Below, in pieces: positions 35,013-44,235 of a stretch of 59,991 nt of DNA; within the stretch, counting starts at the first letter, position 1; each line of letters opens with the position of its first letter. A program made the position numbers and the translations under genes. Below the pieces are notes generated by a model. The model saw nothing but the letters and a program-made list of their open reading frames with translations, did no database searches and had not been told where the DNA came from. Source of the stretch: Bacteroidia bacterium (GTDB taxonomy: Bacteria; Bacteroidota; Bacteroidia; Chitinophagales; BACL12); the NCBI GenBank assembly GCA_030432405.1, contig JAUIHG010000002.1, forward strand, positions 1-59,991, written 5' to 3'.

Positions 35013-36029
35013 CTAATGGACCGTGCGGGCTTCCCGTTGCAACACCATGTCCTTCCAGGGGACGAGGGTGCTCAGGCCCTTGCTTTTGAAATAGTCTTGG
35101 AGGCGCTGTTGCACTTCGTGTGCCGGGACTTGGCCCGCCTTGGGCCAATTTGGAACGGCCAGTACAAAATCACCGCCCCAGCCCCCAAGCGACTTGATCA
35201 CGCCCTCAAAATCGGCAAAGCCGGTATGCTGGATGGGCACCTGCCCGATGATGCGGCCCACGATGTCTTCGTGTTTGCGCAGGTGCATGGCAAAGTCCTC
35301 CAGGGTTTGCGCATGCTGAATGGCCATGGTCACGTGCACGAGCGTATTGCGCCATGCATCGGCTTGGGGACCGGCCATGGCGCGTTCCAGATTTTCTCGC
35401 GCATCGGCCATGGCCTCGCGCGAATCCCGTTTTTGACCGAGGTGTACAAAACACAAGCGGTCGGCAAACGGAGGGTCAAAAGCCACCGGCAGCGCCACCG
35501 GCTTTCCGTCCACCAATTTGTAAAAAACGGGGCCGTCCGCCGCCGCGCAGGCCACATCGTATCCGCTGCCGCCGAAGGTTTCAAATTGCAATGCATACGG
35601 ATCCACCTGCGCCCAATGGCTGAGCAAATGCACCAAGGTGGAACTGGACCCCAGGCCCCATTGCCGGGGAAAATCGAGTCGGGTTTCCGCGGTTAAGGAA
35701 GCACCATCCGCCAGAAACTTTGGATTTGCTTTTCGGCAAGCGCACAGCAATTGGGTAAGCCGGTCTATGGCCTTTTGAGGACCCTTTGCTGGAGCGCCTT
35801 CGATCGTTTGCATGTCTTCGGTGCGCCATTGCCCCTCGAGCCAAACGGAACCGTCGTGTTCAAGGCTCCGCCAATGCAAAACGCCTGCCTCCGGCTTCGC
35901 CGAAGGCGAAACGGAAAGCTGCTGCCCATAGCGGCACGGCAGCGCCAGCGCCAAAGCACCGTGCAACACAGCGTATTCGCCGGTCAGGAGGAGTTTGCCG
36001 TTTGCGGAAAAATGAAGCGGTAACAACAC
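35013..36029 (-). CDS. GYDIA-type GHMP kinase (candidate phosphomevalonate kinase substitute)
   Basis: Motifs are NGKLLLTGEYAVLHGALALA, the GHMP loop WGLGSSSTLV, the motif GGSGYDVACA (GYDIA-like) and SLGGWGGDFVLAV. There is a 9-nt gap to the HMG-CoA reductase gene. Confidence 0.85.
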   Translation of the reverse strand: MLLPLHFSANGKLLLTGEYAVLHGALALALPCRYGQQLSVSPSAKPEAGVLHWRSLEHDGSVWLEGQWRTEDMQTIEGAPAKGPQKAIDRLTQLLCACRKANPKFLADGASLTAETRLDFPRQWGLGSSSTLVHLLSHWAQVDPYALQFETFGGSGYDVACAAADGPVFYKLVDGKPVALPVAFDPPFADRLCFVHLGQKRDSREAMADARENLERAMAGPQADAWRNTLVHVTMAIQHAQTLEDFAMHLRKHEDIVGRIIGQVPIQHTGFADFEGVIKSLGGWGGDFVLAVPNWPKAGQVPAHEVQQRLQDYFKSKGLSTLVPWKDMVLQREARTVH

Positions 36030-36038
36030 GCCCGAATC

Positions 36039-37391
36039 TTAGCGGGCTACTTCGACTTCCCCTTCCCCACCCCGGAGCTGACCGAGGTATTCGCGCACCG
36101 AGCGGAAGCTGACCGTCTTGTCGGCAAAAAAGGCGAGGGCCTTTTCGGCTTCGGTGTCGGTGGCGCCAAAGTGGTTGAGGATGTTGGTCAGGTGCATGCG
36201 CATGTGGCCGTACTGGATGCCGGTGGTCACCAGGCTGCGGATGGCGGAAAAGTTCTGCATCAGGCCAGTGGCGGCGATGATCTCCATGAGCTCGGTGGCG
36301 CTGGGGTGGCCCAGGATTTCCAGCGAGCGTTTGGCCAGTGGGTGCAGGGTGGTCAGGCCGCCCACGGTGCCGACGGCCAGGGGCAGGTCGAGCGTGAAGC
36401 GGAGCCGGTCGTCTTCGGTGATTTCGGCGTGCGAAAGGCTCCCGTATTGCCCGTTGCGCGATGCGTAGGCATGCCCGCAGGCCTCGATGGCGCGGAAGTC
36501 GTTGCCCGTGGCCAGGATGACGGCGTCGATGCCGTTGAAGATGCCCTTGTTGTGGGTGGCGGCGCGGTAGGGGTCGCCTTCGGCGATCTTGATGGCCGTC
36601 ACGAAGCGGCGCGCAAAGGTCCGGGCCGACATGCCGCCCTTGAAGCCTCCCAGATCCTCAACCGGGCATTCCACCCAGGCCTTGACCCGGCACTGGGGCG
36701 TGTAGTTGCTGAGGATGGCCATGATGACCTCCACCTCGCGCTCACGGCCCTTGAATTCGGGCCACGCCTTCGCCTCCTGCTGCAGGAGGCGGGCGAACTC
36801 TTCCAACACCGAGTTGATGAAGTTGGCGCCCATGGCGTTGCAGGTCTCAAACTGCGCCTTGAGCTGCCAGAGGCCGGGTTCGATGTCGCCGGCGTCGAGC
36901 AGGGCCAGGTCGACGATGCCGCCGCCCCGCTTGGCCATGTTCTCGGTCAGGTGGGTCACGCCTTCCAGCAGGCTGGACTTGACCGCGTCAAAAAAGCGCT
37001 CCAGCTTTTCCGGCTCGGTGCCTTCCCAGCGGAAGTGCACCTGGCCTTCCTTGACGGTCGAGACCACTTCGGCCCGGATGCCGCCGCGCTCGGACCAGAA
37101 TTTGGCCCCGGCTGCGGCTGCGGCCACCACGCTGGACTCCTCGATGACCATCGGCACGGCGTAGACGCGGTCGTTGACCGTGACGTTGGGGGCCACGCCG
37201 TAAGGCAGGTAGAAGTTGGTGAGCGTGTTTTCGCTGATGCCGTCAAAGACCTTCTGGGTCTCCACGTTGGCGTGCGCAAAGGAGGCAAACTCCCGCACCA
37301 CGTCCACCGGGTTGGCCGTGGCGAAGTATTTCGCCAGCCAGGCGACCTTCTCCGCCTTGGACATCTTGGAAAATCCGGATATGCGCTTCAT
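36039..37391 (-). CDS. mvaA: Class II (degradative-type) HMG-CoA reductase
   Basis: 450 aa. Motifs include ENTLTNFYLPYGVAPNVTVN, VIEESSVVAAAAAGAKFW and CNAMGANFINS, which are typical of class II HMGR. Confidence 0.92.
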   Translation of the reverse strand: MKRISGFSKMSKAEKVAWLAKYFATANPVDVVREFASFAHANVETQKVFDGISENTLTNFYLPYGVAPNVTVNDRVYAVPMVIEESSVVAAAAAGAKFWSERGGIRAEVVSTVKEGQVHFRWEGTEPEKLERFFDAVKSSLLEGVTHLTENMAKRGGGIVDLALLDAGDIEPGLWQLKAQFETCNAMGANFINSVLEEFARLLQQEAKAWPEFKGREREVEVIMAILSNYTPQCRVKAWVECPVEDLGGFKGGMSARTFARRFVTAIKIAEGDPYRAATHNKGIFNGIDAVILATGNDFRAIEACGHAYASRNGQYGSLSHAEITEDDRLRFTLDLPLAVGTVGGLTTLHPLAKRSLEILGHPSATELMEIIAATGLMQNFSAIRSLVTTGIQYGHMRMHLTNILNHFGATDTEAEKALAFFADKTVSFRSVREYLGQLRGGEGEVEVAR

Positions 37392-37552
37392 GAACTCAGG
37401 GGTCGGAAGGAGGCTGGCGTTTCAACAGGCGCCAAAGGGGCTTGGGAGCTTGTTTGCGCGCCGGACCGCACGGCAAACCATCTACGAAGGTAGAACAACG
37501 GGTGCAGGGATGGGTTTGGTGCGGGTAATGTTCGGTGCTTGAATGGACCGGG

Positions 37553-38731
37553 TCAGTGCAGGGTTTTGCGGACGCGCAGGTAGGCTTCGGCCAGGGCCAT
37601 GCCGCGCAATTGGCCTTCGATGAAGCCCTCCAGCGCAGCGTAGGATGCGCGGGCCGGCGCCAGAAAAGCCGATCCCTGGGCGTAGATGGCCGGCAGTTTA
37701 AGGTTGCCGATCAGCCAGTAGCCGTCCAGGAAATCGCGCACACCGCCGGAGACGATGATGCGGGGGCAGCGCAGCCGGGACGGGGATTCGCCGGACAGGC
37801 GGTCCGTCAAACGGTTGACGGTCTGCACCATTTCCGGCGCTGTATGGCCCAAATGCGCAATGCGTTCGTACGCGGATTGGGCCATTTCGTTGCTCCGCAG
37901 GGCCTCCACGCGGCTGAAATTGGTGCCGCCGTGGGCGGCGAAGTCCAGGGCCGCCAGGGGCAGTTGCAGCAAGGCCTCCAGGCTGGCCGGGCCAAAGCCC
38001 TGGCCCACCTCTTTGACCACGATGGGGAAATCGGCCTGTTCCAGCAGGGCCTGGACGGTTTCCAGCGGGGGCTTTTCGATGCGGTCGCCTTCGGGCTGCA
38101 TCCATTCCTGGAGCGGGTTGACGTGCACAATCAGGCCGTCGGCCCGCAGTTTGGCCACCAGGGCGGCGATGGCGTCGCCACGGTTTTCGGCCAGGCTGCG
38201 TTCCACCTGGGCGATGCCCAGGTTGGCCAGCAAAAGGCCCTCCGGACCCATTTCGCCGCGCACGTCGAAGTCGGGCAGGTGGGCGTCGTCGTGCAGCAGT
38301 GCGCGGCAGGAGCCCAGGCCCATGCCCAGGCCAAATTGCCCGCAGGCCCGCGCCAGGCGCCGGTTGATCTGCACCGCGCCGGCCGTGCCGCCGGTCATGC
38401 TGCTGATCCACCAGGGCGCGGAAAGCTGCTTGCCCATCCATTCAACGGGCTTCGGGCGGTCGCCAGGGCTTGCGGCCAGCATGGGTTCGTAGTCGAAACG
38501 CCCGTCGGCCACCGCGCGGTCCACCTGGCTTTGCAGGGCCATGTGGATGTGGTCGGCCTTGCGGCGCTCGGCGGTGGGGTCGCCCGGATCGGCGCCGTGA
38601 TCGGCGGGGCGGTCCGCAGCCTGGGCGGCGTGTTCGCGCGAAAGCGCGGCAGAAGATGTAGGCTGTTCGGCCATGGCTCTGGAGCGGATCGGATCCGGAT
38701 CGGAGGCGGATGAAGGCGTCCGAAAGGCCAA
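37553..38731 (-). CDS. fni: Type 2 (FMN-dependent) isopentenyl-diphosphate delta-isomerase
   Basis: Motifs are RKADHIHMAL, WISSMTGGTAGA, VKEVGQGFG and FAAHGGTNFSRVE. The N-terminus is a low-complexity extension, and an alternative start is MAEQPTSS at 38674. Confidence 0.9.
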   Translation of the reverse strand: MAFRTPSSASDPDPIRSRAMAEQPTSSAALSREHAAQAADRPADHGADPGDPTAERRKADHIHMALQSQVDRAVADGRFDYEPMLAASPGDRPKPVEWMGKQLSAPWWISSMTGGTAGAVQINRRLARACGQFGLGMGLGSCRALLHDDAHLPDFDVRGEMGPEGLLLANLGIAQVERSLAENRGDAIAALVAKLRADGLIVHVNPLQEWMQPEGDRIEKPPLETVQALLEQADFPIVVKEVGQGFGPASLEALLQLPLAALDFAAHGGTNFSRVEALRSNEMAQSAYERIAHLGHTAPEMVQTVNRLTDRLSGESPSRLRCPRIIVSGGVRDFLDGYWLIGNLKLPAIYAQGSAFLAPARASYAALEGFIEGQLRGMALAEAYLRVRKTLH

Positions 38732-38877
38732 AGTACGTGCCCTTGGGCCTTTTGAGGGACGAATTGATCAACAGCCCTTCATCAACAGCCTGGGGCCCGG
38801 CTTGTTCGCGGCCGGCGTCCGCGGCAGCCGCCAAAACAGCCTAAGGGCCTGCGCCCAGGCGCTAACTTCAAGCCCGC

Positions 38878-39507
38878 ATGGCTGCGGGATCATCGAGCAA
38901 CAAACCGGACAGCGCATCCGCCACGGATGAGGACCTGGCGCGGGAATACCGCCTGTCCGGCGAACGCCGCCTGCTCGGCGAACTCTTCCAGCGCCACCTG
39001 CAGGGCCTGCTGGGCCTGGCCTACCGCTATTTCCGCGACGCCGAAGCGGCCCGCGACCTGGTCATGCAGGTCTTCGAAAAGCTGATTGTCGTCTTGCGGG
39101 AGCAGGAGCTGGAACGCGTCAAACCCTGGCTCTACCAGGTGACCCGCAACGAAGCGCTGATGCAATTGCGGCGGGAAAAGCGCCAAAAAACCCGCGCGGA
39201 AGCCTACGAAGCCGAGTTTCAGGCGCAAAAAGACCGCGAACGTGTGGAATCCGCCCAGGCGGAGCATCTTGTAGGAGAAGGTCCTGAAACCGAACGCCGC
39301 CAGCGTCTGGCCAGGCTCCAGGAGGCCCTGGGAGGCCTGAATGCGGAACAACAGCGCTGCGTGACCTTGTTCTACTTACAGGGCAAGAGCTACCAGCAGA
39401 TCGCCGAGGCCACCGGCTGGCCGCTCAAAAGCGTGAAAAGCCACCTGCAAAACGGCAAACGCAACCTCAAACTGGCCATTGAAAGGGCCGAACGCGGCTC
39501 CGGATGA
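38878..39507 (+). CDS. ECF-type RNA polymerase sigma-70 family factor
   Basis: Region 2 is YRYFRDAEAARDLVMQVFEKL ... PWLYQVTRNEALMQLRR. Region 4 is LFYLQGKSYQQIAEATGWPLKSVKSHLQNGKRNL. Confidence 0.9.
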   Translation: MAAGSSSNKPDSASATDEDLAREYRLSGERRLLGELFQRHLQGLLGLAYRYFRDAEAARDLVMQVFEKLIVVLREQELERVKPWLYQVTRNEALMQLRREKRQKTRAEAYEAEFQAQKDRERVESAQAEHLVGEGPETERRQRLARLQEALGGLNAEQQRCVTLFYLQGKSYQQIAEATGWPLKSVKSHLQNGKRNLKLAIERAERGSG

Positions 39508-39566
39508 ACCGCAACATGCGCCCTGACACCCCTCTAAACCGCTGAACACCAATCCCTAAGCACTCC

Positions 39567-41540
39567 GTGTCCGCTTCCGTCGACCATACCAACCCGCTTT
39601 CGCCGAAAGGCGAAACGCCCGCTCCGGTGGACGCCCAAACCTGGGCGGCCTATCAGGCGGGTGCGCTCGACGGCCCCGAGAAGGCCGCCGTGGAGGCGCG
39701 TCTGGCGTGGATGCAGGCCAACCTGGACGCCGATCCGGATCTGCTCCATGCGGATGCGGATGTGGACGCCCTTGCGGGCGAAGGCCTGGCGCAGATGGAG
39801 CAGGATCTGGGCAGCGGGGGCCTGGCTGATCTGGAGGCCGCCATGCGCAAGGACATCGGCATCCTCTCCGAAGGCCAGGACGAACCCGCTGCGGGAGCGG
39901 TCGGCGGCCTGCAACGGTCGATCGGTCGGGTGAGCGGTGGTGCCGGGCGCAACACCGCGCGAGGGGGCACAGCAGCCGGTGGACGCATCCGCCAACTGCG
40001 GCCGCTGCGCATGGCCGTGGCCGCCATTATGGTCGGCGTGCTGGCCGGGGGGCTTTACCTGGTCACCCGCTGGGTGCAGCAGCCCGATACGCCTGTGGCC
40101 ATGGACCGGCCCGCGCAACGAGCGCCCAAGCACAGCACGCCAAGGCCCGAAGCGGCCACCGAAGCCCTCCCCCTGGAAGACGCCCTGCCCCAGGGCGAAA
40201 TCGAGGACGAAAACGAGGCGCAAAGCGCCGCAGAACGCAAAGCCCTCGACCATACGGCAGGAAATGCAGCGCCCCCTTCGCAGGGACCGGCAGACGCCCG
40301 CAGCCAGGTCCGCCCTGGGCAAGCCCGCCGTGAAGCCGAAGCCTCCGCAGCGTCCACGTCTGCGTCCGGTTCCGCACCCGTCAGCCCGCCTCCGCCCGCC
40401 CCGGAAATGGAGGTCGTCGAAGACGACGCCTACCTGGACATGGAGGAGCTGGCCGAGGAGCAGGCCTTCGAATTTGTAGAGCCCAACATGCCGGTAGCGG
40501 AAGATTCCGAGCCGGTGGCGGATCAATTCTACAACGCCGATGCCCTGCCCAGCGCTGCAGACGATGCCGCGAGCAAAACCCAATCCAACACCCTGAGCCT
40601 CGAGCGCATCGAAGCCGAACCCATCGCCGGAGGCGCACCCAATGCCACCGCCGCCAGCAGCACGGCCGGCAGCGCCCAGCTCCAGGGCCAGGTCCTGGAC
40701 GCCTACGGCCAACCCATCCCCTTTGCCAACGTCCTTCTGGAAGGCACCTCCATCGGGGCGGTGACGGACATGGACGGCCGCTTCAATCTGCAAGCGCCTG
40801 AAGGCGAATACCAGGCCCGCGTGCAGTACGTTGGCCACCAAAACCTCGAAGCCCGGGTGGACCTGAAGGCCAACCGCACCGAACAGGTAGCCTGGACCCT
40901 GGCCGAAGATGCCATGGCGCTGGAATCGGTGGAGATCACTTCCACCGGCCGCAGCCAGCGCGCCCCTAAACGGGACCGAAAACAAGACCGCAAACAGGAG
41001 GCTGCCCGCGTGAACCAAATCGACGGAGCCATGACCGGCAAATCCGCCTCGGACAGCGCCCCGCCCGTCACCGATCCCGGCGATCCCCCCAGCGGGGTGC
41101 CCGCCAGCAGCGCCTCCGGCAACGGCGGTCCCGGCGCTCCCATGGTCCAATATGCGGCCCTGCTGGAACGCGCCGCCGGGCAACGGCAGGCCGGTGATCC
41201 CGTCCAGGCCCTCGAAACCCTGGCGGCTTTCCCGAACGGAGCATCGTCTGCCGACGCCGCTGCCAACCCCGTCCCGGAACGCGAAGCCGACGGGGCCGTG
41301 CTGCTGCGGGCCCAGTGCTACCTGGACCTGGATCAGGCGGCCACGGCCGAAAACCTCCTTCGCCCGCTTGCGGGCAAACCGGACGGCAGTTTTTACGACG
41401 CCGCGCGCTTCCATTTGGCCGAAGCGCTTTGGGCGCAAGATCAGGCGGCCGACGCCCGAACCCTTTGGCAGAACCTGGCGTATGGAAACGGACCCTGGGC
41501 CCTGCAGGCCCGGGAGCGGCTGGAGGCTCTGGATGAGTGA
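39567..41540 (+). CDS. Putative membrane-anchored anti-sigma factor with a CarboxypepD_reg-like domain and a C-terminal TPR-like region
   Basis: It has a GTG start 60 nt after the sigma gene stop and one TM helix (MAVAAIMVGVLAGGLYLVT). A long Ala/Pro/Glu-rich linker leads to LQGQVLDAYGQPIPFANVLLEGTSIGAVTDMDGRFNLQAPEGEYQARVQYVG (carboxypeptidase regulatory-like fold). The anti-sigma role is inferred from position only. Confidence 0.75.
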   Translation: MSASVDHTNPLSPKGETPAPVDAQTWAAYQAGALDGPEKAAVEARLAWMQANLDADPDLLHADADVDALAGEGLAQMEQDLGSGGLADLEAAMRKDIGILSEGQDEPAAGAVGGLQRSIGRVSGGAGRNTARGGTAAGGRIRQLRPLRMAVAAIMVGVLAGGLYLVTRWVQQPDTPVAMDRPAQRAPKHSTPRPEAATEALPLEDALPQGEIEDENEAQSAAERKALDHTAGNAAPPSQGPADARSQVRPGQARREAEASAASTSASGSAPVSPPPPAPEMEVVEDDAYLDMEELAEEQAFEFVEPNMPVAEDSEPVADQFYNADALPSAADDAASKTQSNTLSLERIEAEPIAGGAPNATAASSTAGSAQLQGQVLDAYGQPIPFANVLLEGTSIGAVTDMDGRFNLQAPEGEYQARVQYVGHQNLEARVDLKANRTEQVAWTLAEDAMALESVEITSTGRSQRAPKRDRKQDRKQEAARVNQIDGAMTGKSASDSAPPVTDPGDPPSGVPASSASGNGGPGAPMVQYAALLERAAGQRQAGDPVQALETLAAFPNGASSADAAANPVPEREADGAVLLRAQCYLDLDQAATAENLLRPLAGKPDGSFYDAARFHLAEALWAQDQAADARTLWQNLAYGNGPWALQARERLEALDE

Positions 41541-41627
41541 GCCCATGTTGCGTAAGCCTGGAAAAGTGAGTGGGAGAGCCGCTCTTCAAGGCCTAGCTTT
41601 GCCGCACTTTTTTAAGCCCCCGTTGCC

Positions 41628-42977
41628 ATGGCCTTTACCGTTGCGATTGTCGCCCTGTTTGTCATTGGGTACCTGCTCATCGCGCTCGAGCATCCGCTCC
41701 ACATCGACAAGACGGCGCCCGCGTTGTTCATCGGCGTGGCCACCTGGGCCCTTTTTGCGCTGGGCGTCAACTACTTCGGGTATGAAGTAGACTTTGCGCA
41801 CACCTACCATCAGCTGGAAATCCTCTTCCATCCGGACGCGCCCGCGTCCGAACACGTGGAGGGGCTGCTCGGACACTTTGTCATCGAGATTGCCTACATC
41901 CTCTTTTTCCTGCTGGGGGCCATGACCATCGTGGAGCTGATCGACATGCACGACGGCTTCCACCTGATCACCAGCCGCATCAAGACCAACAACAAGGTCA
42001 AGGTGTTGTGGATCATCGGCATCCTGACCTTTTTCCTCTCTGCGGTGCTCGACAACCTGACCACGTCCATCGTGATGGTTTCGCTGTTGCGCAAGCTGAT
42101 CAAGGACCGGGAAACGCGGCTCTATTTTGCCGGCGCGGTGGTCATTTCGGCCAACGCGGGCGGTGCCTGGAGCCCCATCGGCGACATCACCACCACCATG
42201 CTCTGGATCGGCGGCCAGATCACCGTGCTGCCCACCATCACGGACATCATCATTCCCTCGATCGTCTGTGCGGTGGTGCCCTTTGCCTTGTTGAGCGTTC
42301 GCCTGAAAGGCGAATTCCCGCACGGCGATGAAGAGACCGTCTACAAAACCACGCCCTTCGAACGAACCTTCATCCTGGCCCTGGGCGTGGGCTCGCTGAT
42401 TTTTGTGCCGGTCTTCAAGACCATCACGCACCTGCCCCCCTTCATGGGCATGCTGTTCGGCTTGAGCCTGCTGTGGTTTGCCACCGAGTTCATCCACAAA
42501 AGCAAGCAGCGCAGCGAAAAGTCCAAGTACTCCGTGTTGCGGGCCCTGAGCCGCATCGACACCCCGAGCGTGCTCTTCTTTTTGGGCATCCTTTCGGCCG
42601 TGGCCGCCCTGGAAAGCATCGGCGTGCTGCACGCCCTGGCCGAAGGCCTGGACCACAGCGTGGGCAACCACAACGTGATTGTGCTGATCATGGGGGTTTT
42701 GTCGGCCATTGTGGACAACGTACCGCTGGTGGCGGCTGCCATGGGCATGTATTCGCTGGAGCAATTCCCGACCGATTCCCACTTCTGGCAGTTTGTAGCC
42801 TATTGTGCGGGTACGGGCGGTTCCATGCTGATCATCGGCTCAGCCGCAGGTGTGGCGGTTATGGGCATCGAAAAGATTGATTTCATCTGGTACTTGCGGA
42901 AATTTGGGCTGTTGGCCTTCATCGGCTACCTGGCCGGTGCGTTTACCTTTCTGCTGATGAACGGGATGCTGTTCTGA
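41628..42977 (+). CDS. nhaD: NhaD-type Na+/H+ antiporter (ArsB/NhaD permease superfamily)
   Basis: 449-aa polytopic membrane protein. Its N-terminus MAFTVAIVALFVIGYLLIALEHPLHIDKTAPALF and the motifs SAVLDNLTT / SAIVDNVPLV are typical of NhaD. Confidence 0.88.
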   Translation: MAFTVAIVALFVIGYLLIALEHPLHIDKTAPALFIGVATWALFALGVNYFGYEVDFAHTYHQLEILFHPDAPASEHVEGLLGHFVIEIAYILFFLLGAMTIVELIDMHDGFHLITSRIKTNNKVKVLWIIGILTFFLSAVLDNLTTSIVMVSLLRKLIKDRETRLYFAGAVVISANAGGAWSPIGDITTTMLWIGGQITVLPTITDIIIPSIVCAVVPFALLSVRLKGEFPHGDEETVYKTTPFERTFILALGVGSLIFVPVFKTITHLPPFMGMLFGLSLLWFATEFIHKSKQRSEKSKYSVLRALSRIDTPSVLFFLGILSAVAALESIGVLHALAEGLDHSVGNHNVIVLIMGVLSAIVDNVPLVAAAMGMYSLEQFPTDSHFWQFVAYCAGTGGSMLIIGSAAGVAVMGIEKIDFIWYLRKFGLLAFIGYLAGAFTFLLMNGMLF

Positions 42978-43026
42978 ACCAGCCCGTCCCCAACGCAGCC
43001 TTCACCACCTCTTCCCTACAGGACCC

Positions 43027-43497
43027 ATGCAACCGGAGATCAAGCACCTCGTCGAGCAGCTCAAACGCGCATTTGAAGGTCCCGCCTGGTACGGGCCGGC
43101 CATCATGGAAGTCCTGGAGGACTTTGATCCGGATGCCATCGGCCTGCGCTACAACGGCAGCCAGTCCCCCCTGGAACTGCTGCTGCATATGGTGCAATGG
43201 CGCAACTACGCCATACGCCTGCTGGAGGGCGACACCCGCCTGGTCAGCGACGAGGAAATGACCTATCCCGAGGTCGCCGAGGCCGGCGAATACGCCTGGA
43301 CGGATGCCCGCATCAAGCTGGACAACAGCCAGGCGAAGCTGATCACATTGCTCAAAGCGTTCCCACCCGAGAAGCTGGACAAAACCGTGCCTGAACGGGA
43401 TTATACCTGGTCCAATATGCTGCACGGGCTGGTCAACCACGACGTCTACCACCTCGGCCAGATCCACTTCCTGTGCAAGTGGGCCGGGCGGGGTTGA
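43027..43497 (+). CDS. DinB-family (DinB_2-like) four-helix-bundle protein
   Basis: 156 aa with the motifs LELLLHMVQWRNYAIRLLEG and LVNHDVYHLGQI. Confidence 0.8.
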   Translation: MQPEIKHLVEQLKRAFEGPAWYGPAIMEVLEDFDPDAIGLRYNGSQSPLELLLHMVQWRNYAIRLLEGDTRLVSDEEMTYPEVAEAGEYAWTDARIKLDNSQAKLITLLKAFPPEKLDKTVPERDYTWSNMLHGLVNHDVYHLGQIHFLCKWAGRG

Positions 43498-43521
43498 GGC
43501 CAGACCTGTTGAGGCGATTTC

Positions 43522-43542
43522 GCCGGTCCGGGACGGACCGGC
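43522..43542 (+). terminator. GC-rich hairpin downstream of the DinB gene (GCCGGTCCG-GGA-CGGACCGGC), with no U tract
   Basis: A 9-bp perfect stem with a 3-nt loop, read directly, 25 nt after the stop. The lack of a U tract keeps confidence low. Confidence 0.35.
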
Positions 43543-43602
43543 ACAGACCGCCACCCTGTTTCATGGTGAACTTCCGGGCTTTCCAGCGGTTTTCTGGGCA
43601 GC

Positions 43603-44235
43603 GTGGAAAGCACCGAGGCAACCGTTAAACCCGTTGTCCGCGTATCCAATCCGATGGATCTTGTCCTTCGGATGGATGAACGCCGACTGGTCCAAGCCTG
43701 TTTGCGCAAGGAGCGCAAGGCGCAGGAACTGCTCTATAAACGCCATTACGGGCGTATGATGGGGCTGTGCATGCGCTATGCCCGGGATCGGGACGAGGCG
43801 GCGGCCATGCTCAACCAGGGCTTTTTCAAAGTCTATGAGAGCCTGGACCGGTTTGATCCGGACAAAGGCAAGCTGGAGGGCTGGATTTACCGCATCGTCC
43901 TGCATGCGGCCATCGACCATTACCGCGCCGTCATCCGGCCTAACCGCAGCGAAATCGTGGATCCGGCCGAAGGCTGGGACGTCCGCGACGCTTCGGAGGA
44001 TGCCCTGGACCGCATGGCGGCGGAGGAGATCCTGGCCCTGGTGCAGCGCCTCACGCCGCAGTACAAGGCCGTATTCAACCTATACGTGATCGAAGGCTTT
44101 TCCCACGCCGAGATTGCCGAACGCCTGGGGATTTCGGAGGGTACCTCCAAGTCCAACCTGGCCAAGGCACGCCGAAACCTTCAGGCGATGATCCTCGAAC
44201 GGGAAGAAGCACAAGCCCATCGATATGCCCGATAG
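43603..44235 (+). CDS. ECF-type RNA polymerase sigma-70 family factor
   Basis: Region 2 is LYKRHYGRMMGLCMRYARDRDEAAAMLNQGFFKV ... GWIYRIVLHAAIDHYR. Region 4 is YVIEGFSHAEIAERLGISEGTSKSNLAKARRNLQ. The track start is GTG at 43603. More likely starts are the ATGs at 43654 or 43672 (MDERRLVQACL). Confidence 0.9.
   Translation: MESTEATVKPVVRVSNPMDLVLRMDERRLVQACLRKERKAQELLYKRHYGRMMGLCMRYARDRDEAAAMLNQGFFKVYESLDRFDPDKGKLEGWIYRIVLHAAIDHYRAVIRPNRSEIVDPAEGWDVRDASEDALDRMAAEEILALVQRLTPQYKAVFNLYVIEGFSHAEIAERLGISEGTSKSNLAKARRNLQAMILEREEAQAHRYAR

Noticed and set aside
36171-38713. Plus-strand ORFs 36171-37493 (440 aa) and 37535-38713 (392 aa) across the HMGR and IDI-2 genes
   Set aside because: They lie antisense to clearly identifiable mevalonate-pathway enzymes and have shadow-ORF composition.
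39534-41546. 670-aa minus-strand ORF antisense to the anti-sigma candidate
   Set aside because: It is Gly/Arg/Ala-rich with no motifs. The plus frame has a TM helix, a CarboxypepD_reg-like segment and operon logic with the sigma gene.
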